Assembly: GCA_001661245.1 (NCBI GenBank)
Contig: KV454011.1
Location: forward strand, 1,620,834-1,650,745
Source of the DNA: Pachysolen tannophilus NRRL Y-2460
Taxonomy: Eukaryota
Length of the DNA stretch: 29,912 nucleotides
Direction of reading: 5' to 3'
Shown: positions 1 to 11,283 of the stretch, in pieces
Numbering within the stretch: the first letter of the stretch is position 1
Layout: each line of letters opens with the position of its first letter
Notes under the pieces: generated by a model
The model's database searches: none
Told to the model about the DNA's origin: nothing
The model's input: the letters and a program-made list of their open reading frames with translations, nothing else
Made by a program: the position numbers and the translations under genes

Positions 1-1868
1 GGAGAAGTTTGAGAGGAAATCTTTACATGAATTTTACAGAGATTTCTAAACCAATCTTTGATCCAAAAAGTAAGAAATTTATAGATAAAAATTGTTTTAT
101 AATATTCGCCCATGGTGATTTATTATTATCAAGAATCCGCAAGATTTGTGAATCTATGGATAGTGATTTATATTTTGTTGAGCCTGATACCGTTGCTAGG
201 TCCAAACAAATTTCTGAAGTTCAAAATAGATCTGCTGATATAAACAATGTATTGGATACAACAACTCGTTCTTTAAATGCAGAATTATCAGCAATTGCCG
301 ATGAATTGTACCTGTGGTGGAATGTTATTAAGTTAGAAAAATCTATATATCAAATTCAAAATAGCTGCTACTATGATTTGGGTAGAAAATGCCTAATTGC
401 AGAAGGTTGGGTTCCAAACAGCGAATTACAATCTGTCAAGTCGGAACTTTTCAAAATATCAAATAACTCTACAGATTCTGAAACAGTTCCAATTATCATA
501 AACATATTAGAAACTACAAGAACACCTCCAACGTTCCACAGAACAAATAAATTCACTGTAGGATTCCAAAATATTTGTGATGCTTACGGTATTGCCACGT
601 ATCGTGAAATTAATGCAGGGTTACCAACAATTGTTACTTTCCCATTTATGTTTGCAATTATGTTTGGTGATCTGGGCCATGGTTTTATAATGACTTTGGC
701 AGCTTTGACTTTAGTGTTGAATGAAAAACGTATTTTAGCTATGAAAAGAGATGAAATTTTTGACATGGCTTTTGTTGGAAGATATATCCTTTTGTTAATG
801 GGTATCTTTTCAATGTTCACCGGCCTCATGTACAATGATATCTTTTCAGTTTCTACCACGTTTTTCAAAAGTGGTTGGGAATGGCCCTCCGGGTTTGAAG
901 TAGGTGATACGGTGTTTGCCAAGCAAGTGGGCGTATATGCTTGGGGATTTGATCCAGTTTGGCATGGTGCTGAAAATGCGTTGTTATTCTCCAATTCTTA
1001 TAAGATGAAATTATCCATTTTAATGGGTTATATGCACATGAGTTACTCTTATATGTTTTCTTTAGCAAATCATATTTATTTCAACTCAATGATAGATATA
1101 ATTGGTAATTTCATTCCCGGATTATTGTTTATGCAAGGAATTTTTGGATACTTATCGATTTGTATCATCTATAAATGGTCAGTTGATTGGATCCATATTG
1201 GGAAATCTCCACCAGGATTATTGAATATGTTGATTTCAATGTTTTTGAGTCCTGGAAATATTGAAGAAGAGCTTTATCCACACCAGGCCACTGTGCAAAT
1301 AATTCTTCTTTTAATTGCACTTGTTTGTGTTCCTTGGTTATTACTTTTGAAACCAATGTACTTCAAGTATCAGTTGTCAAAGAAACATCATTATCATCAA
1401 TTGCAAGACAACGAATCGTCTGCCGCAACTGATCTGAATAATTTGTTAGCCGATATTAACAATGATGATGATGAAGTGCATGAAGAACACACATTTGGTG
1501 ATGTTATGATTCATCAAGTCATCCACACAATTGAATTTTGTCTTAACACTGTTTCTCATACAGCATCTTACTTGAGATTGTGGGCTTTATCTTTAGCTCA
1601 TGCACAATTGAGTACGGTCTTGTGGACCATGACGATTTCTAACACGTTTGGTATGACAGGATTTATTGGTGTTTTCCTGACAGTGGTGATGTTTGCATTT
1701 TGGTTTTGCTTGACCGTTCTGATATTGGTCGTTATGGAAGGTACTTCGGCCATGTTGCATTCTTTAAGATTGCATTGGGTGGAGAGTATGAGTAAGTTTT
1801 TCGAAGGTGAAGGAACATTGTTTGAACCATTTGATTTTAAAACTGTTTTAAACCCTGGGACTGTTTAA
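1..1868 (+). CDS. VPH1: V-type H+-ATPase V0 subunit a, 5'-truncated by the window edge
   Basis: Frame is open from the window start ((W)RSLRGNLYMNF), so TTG at 9 is not the true start. Hallmark motifs: TPPTFHRTNKFT, YREINAG, FPFMFAIMFGDxGHG, NSYKMKLSI, HQVIHTIEFCLNTVSHTASYLRLWALSLAH (essential Arg), MEGTSAMLHSLRLHWVE. Adjacency to PAC1 as in S. cerevisiae favours VPH1 over STV1. Confidence 0.95.
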   Translation, partial: RSLRGNLYMNFTEISKPIFDPKSKKFIDKNCFIIFAHGDLLLSRIRKICESMDSDLYFVEPDTVARSKQISEVQNRSADINNVLDTTTRSLNAELSAIADELYLWWNVIKLEKSIYQIQNSCYYDLGRKCLIAEGWVPNSELQSVKSELFKISNNSTDSETVPIIINILETTRTPPTFHRTNKFTVGFQNICDAYGIATYREINAGLPTIVTFPFMFAIMFGDLGHGFIMTLAALTLVLNEKRILAMKRDEIFDMAFVGRYILLLMGIFSMFTGLMYNDIFSVSTTFFKSGWEWPSGFEVGDTVFAKQVGVYAWGFDPVWHGAENALLFSNSYKMKLSILMGYMHMSYSYMFSLANHIYFNSMIDIIGNFIPGLLFMQGIFGYLSICIIYKWSVDWIHIGKSPPGLLNMLISMFLSPGNIEEELYPHQATVQIILLLIALVCVPWLLLLKPMYFKYQLSKKHHYHQLQDNESSAATDLNNLLADINNDDDEVHEEHTFGDVMIHQVIHTIEFCLNTVSHTASYLRLWALSLAHAQLSTVLWTMTISNTFGMTGFIGVFLTVVMFAFWFCLTVLILVVMEGTSAMLHSLRLHWVESMSKFFEGEGTLFEPFDFKTVLNPGTV

Positions 1869-2125
1869 ATTTAATCTTGTTTTTTTTGATTATACGTACC
1901 ATATATACATTTAATAATTGTTCTCTTTATTTTGCTTGTATTTGACATTATAAAGAATGACTTTGTTTTATATAGATGTTTAGTTTCTTTTATATCGATT
2001 ATCACATCTATTATCAACTAGAAAATGACAAAAAAGATTTAATTGCGAGAGATTTTTGTTTGTTTTTTTTTTCATTTTTTCTGTGTATTGTAATTCTATT
2101 TATTACTCTATGCTTATATAATTGC

Positions 2126-3640
2126 CTAACCCCAAATAATACTTTTATCAACACCTCCACTAACAAAATAATTTCTAAAGCCACTTGCTAGCTTTCTCAT
2201 GTATTCTTCTTCTGGTTCCAATTCATTAGTTTTCTTCTCTGCATTACCATTTTGTTTAACATCAACCGTATCAATTATAGGACAAGAGAATTCCATACAA
2301 TTCACAAATCCTTCATGACCAGTCAAGGTATTAATGCATCTAACTCCATTTTGGTTTGTCAAATCCCATAATTTGATTGTTTTGTCGTCACTACAACTAA
2401 AAAGTATTTTACCATTTGGATGAATTTTTAAATCTTTGACCCATGATGAATGGCCTCTCAATGTCAAAATCAATTTACCATTAGGATCTAAAGACTGCAT
2501 TGGATGCCTGTGAGGTCTTAAATTTGGAAGTGGTAAGAGCCATAATTTGATGAGATCATCTCTTCCACCAGAACAACAATACTTATATTCCAATTGATCA
2601 TATAATTCGTTTTTTAAAAAATGCTTTGATTCTTCTTCACTATCGTCAAACAAAAATTTTTTTGCTAAAACATCTAAATATTTGTTCGATATCTTGGGGA
2701 AAAACATACAAGTTTCTATAACTTGAGAATGTCCAATCATTAACCCTATCCCTGTACCTGATTCCAAGTGTGATAATCTAATACTTAAATCGTTGGAACA
2801 GCTCAATACATATTCACCTGTTGTAGTCAAATCCAATTTTCTAACCCAATCTGAATGACCAATAAAAGTATTTAAACACCAACCAGAAGATATATCCCAG
2901 ATTTTAATAGAAGTGTCTCTTGAACAACTAATAAGCTGTTTTTGATTAATAGGGTGAAATGCAACATACGATACAATATGATCATGTCCAGTGAGTGTTC
3001 TCAAAGCCTTGTAATCCAGATTCAGATCCCATATTTTGATCATGAGATCAGAAGAAGAAGAGGCCAAATATATACTTCCATACTTGTCTTCATTGTTAAG
3101 TACTACTTCTCTTGGTGAAAAATTTAACGATGTAATAGCTTTTGTATGAGCATTTTTAATAATTTTAATAGGCTCCGTTAAATTCAACATATCCCAGACA
3201 ATAATTACCCCATCCCCTGATGCGGTACATACAACTGGTTGAAAAGGGTGTATTGCAATTGCTGTTATAGGGGAATTATAAAATTTCAAATTTTTATTTA
3301 TGTGAGATGGTAACCAATTTAACTTGTCTTTTGATAATAAAATTGAATTTGGCAGACTCGAGGACAGTAATAAACTATCCTTATATTGTTGTACATCATT
3401 CTCCAACTCCATGATTTGTTTTTGTAATCTCAAAACTGCCGACCATTTTTTCTCTAGATAGTGCTTGGGTATACCATCTTCATATCCTTCACGATTTACC
3501 GATAACGACTTAAATAATTGATTTATGATTAATTGTTTTTGGTCCTCTGTTATTTCTGTAGACTGTGTTATCAAAGGAGCTAGGTATTGAATCACCGACT
3601 TATTTAGTTCTGCTGTTTGCCTATCAGAAAGCGCTGACAT
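2126..3640 (-). CDS. PAC1: LIS1/NudF-family dynein regulator (LisH, coiled coil, WD40 repeats)
   Basis: 504 aa. LisH-like RQTAELNKSVIQYL, conserved LEKKWSAVLRLQKQIMELE coiled coil, NWLP motif, multiple GH...WD repeats (TLTGHDHIVS, GHSDWVR, SCSDDKTIKLWD). Confidence 0.93.
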   Translation of the reverse strand: MSALSDRQTAELNKSVIQYLAPLITQSTEITEDQKQLIINQLFKSLSVNREGYEDGIPKHYLEKKWSAVLRLQKQIMELENDVQQYKDSLLLSSSLPNSILLSKDKLNWLPSHINKNLKFYNSPITAIAIHPFQPVVCTASGDGVIIVWDMLNLTEPIKIIKNAHTKAITSLNFSPREVVLNNEDKYGSIYLASSSSDLMIKIWDLNLDYKALRTLTGHDHIVSYVAFHPINQKQLISCSRDTSIKIWDISSGWCLNTFIGHSDWVRKLDLTTTGEYVLSCSNDLSIRLSHLESGTGIGLMIGHSQVIETCMFFPKISNKYLDVLAKKFLFDDSEEESKHFLKNELYDQLEYKYCCSGGRDDLIKLWLLPLPNLRPHRHPMQSLDPNGKLILTLRGHSSWVKDLKIHPNGKILFSCSDDKTIKLWDLTNQNGVRCINTLTGHEGFVNCMEFSCPIIDTVDVKQNGNAEKKTNELEPEEEYMRKLASGFRNYFVSGGVDKSIIWG

Positions 3641-3967
3641 CTCGACTGATTTGTAAAATGCTTTTATAAAAATTAATGCAATTATTTATGAACCGACAAT
3701 ACAATGAAAACAAGCTCCAAAATGATAAAAAAAAAAAACAAAAAAAAGCCAAAAAAAAAACCAAATTATAATTGAAAAGAGATTATAAGAGAAACAGCAG
3801 AAACAAAAATAATAAAGTCAAACCTCAAACCAATTCTTACAGGTAAAGAAACACTCTATTCAACTTTATTAATTACTTCTAATCTGGTCCTGTTTGTTTT
3901 TTTTTTTTTTTTTTTTTTTTGTTTACATTTAAAAGGTAATTGATCCATCTTCAAAGAAGAAGAGATG

Positions 3968-3977
3968 GTCACGTGAC
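3968..3977. promoter_or_regulatory. Palindromic E-box GTCACGTGAC (Cbf1/Tye7-type bHLH site) about 330 bp upstream of PAC1
   Basis: Perfect 10-bp palindrome containing RTCACGTG, standing out in very AT-rich intergenic DNA next to a poly-T tract. Confidence 0.5.
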
Positions 3978-4422
3978 ATGGACATGTTAAAGATCAAATA
4001 TTGAATTAATTATGATTAAACCAACAATGTTGATTAAAGATTAAGCTACAATTCATTAATAGCAGGTAGACATATATATAGAATTACCATTGCTTGAATT
4101 ATATAAACAAAAAAAAATCAAAATTTGTAGAGATAAGTAAATAAATATATAAAATGCCCTTTAATGATTAAAAAGAAAAAAAAACACTCAAATTCAAGTT
4201 AAGTGATTTGGGGTCTATATATGACTAGCCTTAGGGTATTGCAAAAGAGATTAAATTAGAACAAGAAATAAATAGTAAACCAAAACAACAAGACAAGAAA
4301 AAAAAACACAAATCATTTAAATAAAGGCAAGAAAATGCAGTCTCTTGAATAGTAACAAAATAATATGCATAGAGATGTGAAAAGCAACTTCAGAGTAATT
4401 AAAAAAAAATCACTATTTTGAA

Positions 4423-6648
4423 TCATATCTCCAAATGATTCTCATCACTTTCAACAATAGTGTGTTTGTGTCCAGAGTCTAACTTAACCTGACCATTTTC
4501 AACAGTGCAGTACTTAATTTCATTGAACCACTCATCCTCAAAGATTTCTTTCATTGTAAATCTTTTTTCAGGATTTACTTCCAACATTTTAGAGATTAAT
4601 GGTCTTGAAGCATGTGGTAATAATCTTAATAACCTATAAGGACCATGAATTTGCCTATGTCCAGAAACAGATTTTGTATTGTGTTGTTCTTTTGAATTTT
4701 TGTCATCACCATGTTGCTGCTGATGCTGTTCTGGATTCTGCGGCTGTTCTTCCATAGATGCTTGGGTCTTCTTATTGGTATCACTATCTGTTCCATCGCA
4801 ATCTAATTCATTTTCATCTTTTTTCTCTTGATTAACATCATCATGGTCAGTTTCATTATCATGATGTGAATCATGTTCAAGAACATTTTCCTTTTCCTTC
4901 AAATCACATTGGCTTCCATTATTGGACATTTGTTCTGATTTATTGATGCAATCAGTTTCATTTTGTTTATTTGCATCAACTGTGGTGGAATGATCATTGT
5001 TAATATTATTATTAGTATTAGTATTATTTTCATTATTTTGATTATTATTATTATTATTTTCATTATTAATCGATAAATCTTTTAGTTTGTCGTTTAAAGT
5101 GCGTTCTTCGGGTATCAGAGGTGCAGTTGGTACAAAAGATTCCTCATTTAAATTTCCATTCTCAATAATTTGAGGATGCTGCTGATGTGACTGTTGTTCA
5201 AAAGAAGAATCAAGGTTAGGAGTAACAGGTCTTGATCCTTGATTCAGGAGTTGTTGTTGATGTTGTTGAAGTTGCTGTTGTTGACGTTCAATTAATTTTT
5301 GTCTTCTATTTGCCAACAAAATCTTATGATTTTCAGCACTCTTTACATAATCATGTGGTTGATCATCTTCCATGCAATATAATTTAAAACTTGGATCTGA
5401 TAATTTTGGTGCCCTCCATGGGAACCTTCTTATTGTGATACAACAATACATAATAGCAATAGACCAAATATCCACTAGTTGAGGATCATAAGAATCCGTA
5501 CTAGTTAATACTTCTGGTGCCAAGTAGGGATCGGAACCAACAATTCCATGGGCCATAACAACCTTATCTTCAAATGGGTACTTGAACACTACTGCAGAAC
5601 CAAAATCAATAATTTTAATTATTCCATCTCTTGTAGCAACACAGTTTTCTAATTTTAAATCTCTATGAGCTAATCCCGTACTATGTAAATAATTTACACC
5701 AAGAGTTATTTGTTTTAAAGAACAATTAATTTCTGATCTTGACATTTTACCTGACATGACAACTGCAAAGAAATCTACTGGTGCATATTCCATAATTTCA
5801 AAATAATGATTATTTTCACAAATTATATCCAATGTTTGAATAATGTTTGGATGATGTAAAGTTGAACCAATACAAAATTCAGCAGTACATTTTTTACTAT
5901 AATCTCTTATATTTTCATTTGGTTTTTTAGATCTAAATTCTTTTACAGCAAATATAAAACCATCAGCTTCTCTTACTAATAACCTGACAGAACCACCAGC
6001 TCCGGTACCTAAAATTTTACCCAACTTTCCATATTTTTTGGTTAATGAACCTTCCATATCATCTTGAAATCTAGGATCTGTATTGACAATCATATTATTA
6101 TTACTGTCATGAGTAAAACTTGGTGAATAAACTGGATGACCTGGTGTTGTTGTTGTTGTTGCTGTTGTTGTTGAATTCTTGGAATTATCTGAAGAAATTA
6201 AAGATAAACTTGATTTCCTTCCAGGTCTAAAAAATCTTTTCAATTCAACCATGGATCCATATTCTTTTCTCTTTATATGCTGCTCATTTTCTCTCTTGGA
6301 ATTGAGATTAGCATGATGCTCACCATGCGGGCTTGTAGATCCAGAACCTTGATGATGAAGTCCAGATTGATAATGATGATGGTCATCATGTTCCAAAGAA
6401 TTTATTGAAAGATTTGAAGATGATTTACCAATAGAAATTCCTAAAAATGACCTTCTGGAGTTATTTGAATGCTGAGTAAAATAATTGTTTGGAGAATTTT
6501 GACCACCACCACTAGCGCTCTTATCCCCATTGGTTCCACCAGTCGAAGCCGACGGTGACATTAATGGAGACTTCGCACCAGATGAGCTATTTTCTTTATG
6601 ATGATGATGATGTTTATCATGGAATGATATACCTAGTCTATTCGGCAT
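4423..6648 (-). CDS. HRK1: NPR/HAL5-family Ser/Thr protein kinase, Hrk1 type (741 aa from the first ATG)
   Basis: ELKRFF motif, [66 protein letters not shown] long N/Q-rich insert precedes [16 protein letters not shown], as in Hrk1. The ORF-track start at 6660 is TTG; first ATG is at 6648. Confidence 0.88.
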   Translation of the reverse strand: MPNRLGISFHDKHHHHHKENSSSGAKSPLMSPSASTGGTNGDKSASGGGQNSPNNYFTQHSNNSRRSFLGISIGKSSSNLSINSLEHDDHHHYQSGLHHQGSGSTSPHGEHHANLNSKRENEQHIKRKEYGSMVELKRFFRPGRKSSLSLISSDNSKNSTTTATTTTTPGHPVYSPSFTHDSNNNMIVNTDPRFQDDMEGSLTKKYGKLGKILGTGAGGSVRLLVREADGFIFAVKEFRSKKPNENIRDYSKKCTAEFCIGSTLHHPNIIQTLDIICENNHYFEIMEYAPVDFFAVVMSGKMSRSEINCSLKQITLGVNYLHSTGLAHRDLKLENCVATRDGIIKIIDFGSAVVFKYPFEDKVVMAHGIVGSDPYLAPEVLTSTDSYDPQLVDIWSIAIMYCCITIRRFPWRAPKLSDPSFKLYCMEDDQPHDYVKSAENHKILLANRRQKLIERQQQQLQQHQQQLLNQGSRPVTPNLDSSFEQQSHQQHPQIIENGNLNEESFVPTAPLIPEERTLNDKLKDLSINNENNNNNNQNNENNTNTNNNINNDHSTTVDANKQNETDCINKSEQMSNNGSQCDLKEKENVLEHDSHHDNETDHDDVNQEKKDENELDCDGTDSDTNKKTQASMEEQPQNPEQHQQQHGDDKNSKEQHNTKSVSGHRQIHGPYRLLRLLPHASRPLISKMLEVNPEKRFTMKEIFEDEWFNEIKYCTVENGQVKLDSGHKHTIVESDENHLEI

Positions 6649-8357
6649 GATATTATTCAAATATTTATATTCAAGTGCAACCTATGCTTTAAGAAAATCA
6701 AAAAAATAAAAAAAGAATTCTAATTCGGTTTTATTAATGATAAAAAAAAAATTAATCTCTCTTGTACGAAATTTTGTAACAGCGGTTAATAAAGTTTACT
6801 TAAAATGATGATGATTTTTATATCTGAGTTATTTATTTTTTTTTTATCTTTATTTGTTACTCTCTTTCACAAACTTAAGTTGCACTCTTTTTTTTTTTTT
6901 TTTTTTATTACTTTTAAAGATCCATGAGTCTATCAACTGATCAACTTATTAGTAAAAATAAAAAAATAAGAGAAAAAAAAGAAAGCGAAAAGAAAATAAA
7001 ATACAAGAAAAATAAGTATTAAAAAACTTAATTGTTTAAAATATAAAAAGTTACTTTGCGAATAAGCTGAAATGAAAGGCTAAAAAAAAAAATTAGAGAA
7101 CATCATGCAAGCGAAACAGCGGAGAAGAAAATTGGAAAAGAATTCAAAATGGAGATTGAATGAGTTGACGGTTTATAATACTATTTTCAATGAAAAAGTA
7201 TTGCAAAACGGAAACGTTTTCCATGAAAAACTTCTCCTCTTTTTTTTTTTCTTGGAGAAAAATTGAATAGCAAGTTTTTATTCTTTTGTTCTTTTGTTCT
7301 TTTGTTCTCTTGTTCTCTTGTTCCGGCTATGGCTTCCGTCATGAGCCTCTTTATCGCTCGCTATTATTATTTTTATTATTATTACTATTACTATTTATTA
7401 TGGACCCTTTTTTAGTATGGTATGCACGGTGCGCATTCTCCGTACTTCCCGCGATAGTTTTACCGGCAAAAAAAGGCTTCTTCTTTTTTTTTTGTTTTTT
7501 TGTTTTTTTGTTTTTTTGTTTTTGTTTTGGTACTTTTGTACACGTAATGTGCACACACATTTATATGCAAACCCAAATCACAAATCACTCATCATACTTA
7601 TACTAAAACTAATACATCACTGTAGATACGGTTATTAAGTAATAGATGTAAAGATGTAAGTAGGTGAGGTAGGTATTAAAAGAGAAAATTAATTAATTAA
7701 TTACATACGGGAAGAGAGATGAGTATACAGAAATTTGAAAAGCAAAATACGTACATGATGAAGTAGGTAAAAAATAAAGTGTTAGAATTGTAATTCATAT
7801 TTAAGAATAAGCAAACAAAAATTGTGATTCTATAATTATTGATATATATTTTTTATCTTTTCAGTTTTTCTATTTGTTTGTTATGTAAGTTACTTATATA
7901 TAAAACATTAATTAAAAAGAATAACCTATAACAAGAAAACAAGAAAACTAAAAAAAAAAAAAAAAAAAAAAATTTACAAACTAAATTTAAAATTAGCGGA
8001 TATTACTATAAGAATCAAATAAACTTGAATTCAGGTTAAAGAGTTGTATATAACTAATTATAATTATTCACCGCTAGTTAAATGATTAATATTATAAAGT
8101 CATGATAATAATGTTGATAGCCTCTAAAAAAAAATAAAAAATTCTTTGCAGCCCTTGTCGTGTGATTTTTTTTCTGTGTGATTTTCACCAACTAAATGTG
8201 TATAAGCGACGTTTCCAAAAATTATACAAGAAGGTAGGTAAAGAGGTATACTTGGCTAAGTGTTATAATTATCGAAATCATTTGAATAGTTATTTGTTAA
8301 ATTTTTTTTCTTTTTCTTCAACTAATTTAGTGGACTCATATTATTATTTTTTTCATA

Positions 8358-8972
8358 ATGGATAGTTCAACAGCTACTTTCATATCGATATTGGTTGTTG
8401 CATTTATAGTGCTAAAATGGTTTATGGCTCCAAGTTCTACATCAAACTCACCGAATCAAAGGCTGTCAACAAGTTCTAATACTCGTGGCCAATCTTCTTC
8501 AACAAGTCGAAATCAAATACAAAATCAACAATTTCAAAATAGAGAGCAAGGCCAACAATCAAGACTGCATCGTCAAGTTACTCAAGATATGATAGAAGTT
8601 GTACAATCTTTGGCCCCACAATTAAGCATTCCGCAAATTAGATACGATTTAGAAAGATCTGGATCTGTTGAAGCTACAGTTGAAAGATATTTAACAGAAG
8701 GAGGATTACCTTCTCCACCAAACTTGGAGAATGATGTTGATGGAAATATAGCTGATAAAACTGCCAAATCTGGATTATTTAAAAATTCTTCAAATTCTTC
8801 AAAATCAACTTCTTCTTCTATTGCTGATACTACTGCTGAGAAAAAAAAGATTGGTGGATGGGCTCAGACTAAAGAAGAAAGAGCCGCTAATGTACAAAGG
8901 AAAAGAGAAGAAATGATTTTAAAAGCAAGACAAAGATTGAAATCACAATTGTCTAATGAAAAAAATTTCTAA
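8358..8972 (+). CDS. CUE1: Cue1/Cue4-like ER membrane-anchored CUE-domain protein (ERAD Ubc7 cofactor)
   Basis: 204 aa. N-terminal hydrophobic anchor (FISILVVAFIVLKWF), CUE domain VTQDMIEVVQSLAPQLSIPQIRYDLERSGSVEATVERYL, C-terminal U7BR-like RKREEMILKARQRL. Adjacent to SAP30 as in S. cerevisiae. Confidence 0.85.
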   Translation: MDSSTATFISILVVAFIVLKWFMAPSSTSNSPNQRLSTSSNTRGQSSSTSRNQIQNQQFQNREQGQQSRLHRQVTQDMIEVVQSLAPQLSIPQIRYDLERSGSVEATVERYLTEGGLPSPPNLENDVDGNIADKTAKSGLFKNSSNSSKSTSSSIADTTAEKKKIGGWAQTKEERAANVQRKREEMILKARQRLKSQLSNEKNF

Positions 8973-8979
8973 TTCATTT

Positions 8980-9013
8980 ATATACATATACATATATATA
9001 TATATATATATAT
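8980..9013. repeat. (TA)n/TACATA microsatellite in the shared CUE1/SAP30 terminator region
   Basis: Run of tatacatatacatatatatatatatatatata between the convergent stop codons; resembles yeast 3'-end efficiency elements. Confidence 0.7.
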
Positions 9014-9141
9014 AAATGAATCCATATAGTCTCACATACATAATACATAGATTGTATCTTTGTTTAAATGAATGAATAAAAATTTTTTATAATTATATTT
9101 ATATAGATATATATATATTTATTGAATTTTTTCCTTTTTTC

Positions 9142-9618
9142 CTATTGATTATTAAATCTCAATTTAAAAGCCTTTTCTTGATTTTTAACTCTATATAAAA
9201 AATTAGTTATAACTTCGCTTTCTTTAACGTTCATTCCCATAAAATGTTTTTTGCAAAGAGCTGCCAATTCAGGTTTAGCTATTCTATCTTTATGTTTATA
9301 TGAGTAAGATTTTTTACCAATATCACTTTCTAATAAATATCCATACATTGTTAAAGAATCTTTTATATCATGATTTTTTAAATACATTTTTTTATAATTT
9401 CTTAATGATTTATTAGGTAAATTTTCAAAATCTAAAGGTTCTGGTATCACTTTATCTTGAGGTCCATTTGAATTTATATGTTTTGCTAAAAATTCTTTTT
9501 GAGCTTGTTGTAATGCTTGATTCCTTGCCTTTACCGAAGCCCTACTTGTGGATACTGCTTTTTCATTCTGTTTTGATTCAGACTCGGATGCTGAATGATC
9601 CGTTCTCCTTGGTGCCAT
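9142..9618 (-). CDS. SAP30: Sap30, subunit of the Rpd3L histone deacetylase complex
   Basis: 158 aa. FLAKHINSN...PLDFENL...LRNY, IGKKSYSYK, and C-terminal Sin3-binding region LAALCKKHF...VKESEVITNFLYRVKNQEKAFKL. Confidence 0.88.
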   Translation of the reverse strand: MAPRRTDHSASESESKQNEKAVSTSRASVKARNQALQQAQKEFLAKHINSNGPQDKVIPEPLDFENLPNKSLRNYKKMYLKNHDIKDSLTMYGYLLESDIGKKSYSYKHKDRIAKPELAALCKKHFMGMNVKESEVITNFLYRVKNQEKAFKLRFNNQ

Positions 9619-10861
9619 ATTTTTAAATCAATAAAATAATAATCACTTAGTAATTTATAAAAATTTTAAAGTTCATTTATTATTATTATTATTATTATTA
9701 TAATTGTTCCATCCTTCTACTTCTCCCCCCAAATTATAGAATTAGAGAATTAATTAAAGAATTAAAAGAATATAGAGAATTAAAAAAAAAAAAATCTTTT
9801 CCTAATTTGGATTACTGCCTAATTGGGATATTACTATTTTTGGAAGAATAGTAATTAATTTTTATTGTTATCTTTAAATTTACTTTGGATTCAATTGATT
9901 AACTGATAATGTCACAAGGAAAATTATCAAATTAATTATTATATAAGGACAAAGGGCAAAGAAATTCAAGTCAAAATTAAATTCTATTGCTACAGTAATA
10001 ATAACTAACTATATTGTTTTTTTTTTTTAATATTAATCTTGGTATTATTTGCGGCCATATAGCACGAGTTGCATCTGCACGTAAAGAATTTTTTTTTTTT
10101 AGTTCGTCATTTTTTAATATTCTCAAAGCTGTTGAAAAGTATGTACGAAAAATGAAAAAATAAAAAAATAAAAAAAAAGCTTCGGAGCTTCGTTCCATAA
10201 GGAGAAACTGGGGTTCTTATTAATATTAGTAAAAAAAAAAATTAACATTTACCCCAATATTAAAAGTAATAGATTTAAGTAAAGTTTGGACCTATAATGT
10301 AATTTTTGAGACTTAAAATAAAAATTTTCTTTTTTTATTTTTTTTTTTAAACAAGGGCCAAATTCCAAATGTCAATTGACTTTTACAAAAGGTACTAAAA
10401 AGTTTCTTTTCAAGTCTAGAATTTTAATTAAAGTAGCAATGGAAGACACGAATTTTAGATTTTTTTTGGTATAATTCTTAATTTTTAATTTTTTTTATCT
10501 ATTCAGTACTATTACTATATCAATAATAATTTGCAAAAAAAATCAGAGAATTGTACTAACCTGATATCAATGGTACCTACGAATTGATAATTGGAATTTA
10601 TATTGCCCTACGAAAAGTTTTAATCAGTTTGTCTAAGTTGTGAAAAGTGGCAAAAATAGTTTTTTGCCTTGTAACATCGGCGATAGCATATAAGACTCCT
10701 CTTCAGCCGTACAATAATAAAAAATATCGATTTTAAAGTTTTTTAAAGTTGAAATTAAACTTTTTGTTTATCTATAAGCCGCCGCTGTAGTTTACAAAAA
10801 AAAAAACACAAAAAAATGTAAGAAAACAAGAAAACAGAAAACAAAATACCAATAATAATAT

Positions 10862-11174
10862 NNNNNNNNNNNNNNNNNNNNNNNNNNNNNNNNNNNNNNN
10901 NNNNNNNNNNNNNNNNNNNNNNNNNNNNNNNNNNNNNNNNNNNNNNNNNNNNNNNNNNNNNNNNNNNNNNNNNNNNNNNNNNNNNNNNNNNNNNNNNNNN
11001 NNNNNNNNNNNNNNNNNNNNNNNNNNNNNNNNNNNNNNNNNNNNNNNNNNNNNNNNNNNNNNNNNNNNNNNNNNNNNNNNNNNNNNNNNNNNNNNNNNNN
11101 NNNNNNNNNNNNNNNNNNNNNNNNNNNNNNNNNNNNNNNNNNNNNNNNNNNNNNNNNNNNNNNNNNNNNNNNNN
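10862..11174. other. Assembly gap (313 N) flanked by two error-laden copies of the same ~75-bp sequence
   Basis: 10790-10861 (gtttacaaaa...cacaaaaaaatgtaagaaaacaagaaaacagaaaac) and 11175-11250 (gttttccaaaa...cccaaaaaaatgttagaaaacccagaaaaccgaaaac) are homopolymer-slipped versions of each other. Confidence 0.9.
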
Positions 11175-11244
11175 GTTTTCCAAAAAAAAAAAACCCAAAA
11201 AAATGTTAGAAAACCCAGAAAACCGAAAACCAAATTCCCATTAT

Positions 11245-11283
<39 letters not shown>

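Noticed and set aside
3968..4100. Point centromere (CDEI GTCACGTG followed by AT-rich DNA)
   Set aside because: No CDEIII (CCGAA core) at the expected spacing in either direction, and point centromeres are essentially a Saccharomycetaceae feature. Treated as a promoter E-box.
7286..7638. Overlapping short ORFs in the HRK1-CUE1 intergenic region
   Set aside because: Low-complexity F/L/K-rich translations of poly-T/A and (TAT)n tracts, mostly with non-ATG starts and no recognisable domain.
10790..11250. Apparent ~75-bp direct repeat flanking the N gap (possible LTR or tandem duplication)
   Set aside because: The two copies differ only by homopolymer-stutter-type errors next to long poly-A tracts. 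They are most likely the same locus read from two low-quality contig ends, so the gap may be near zero length. ORFs spanning the Ns are artefacts.
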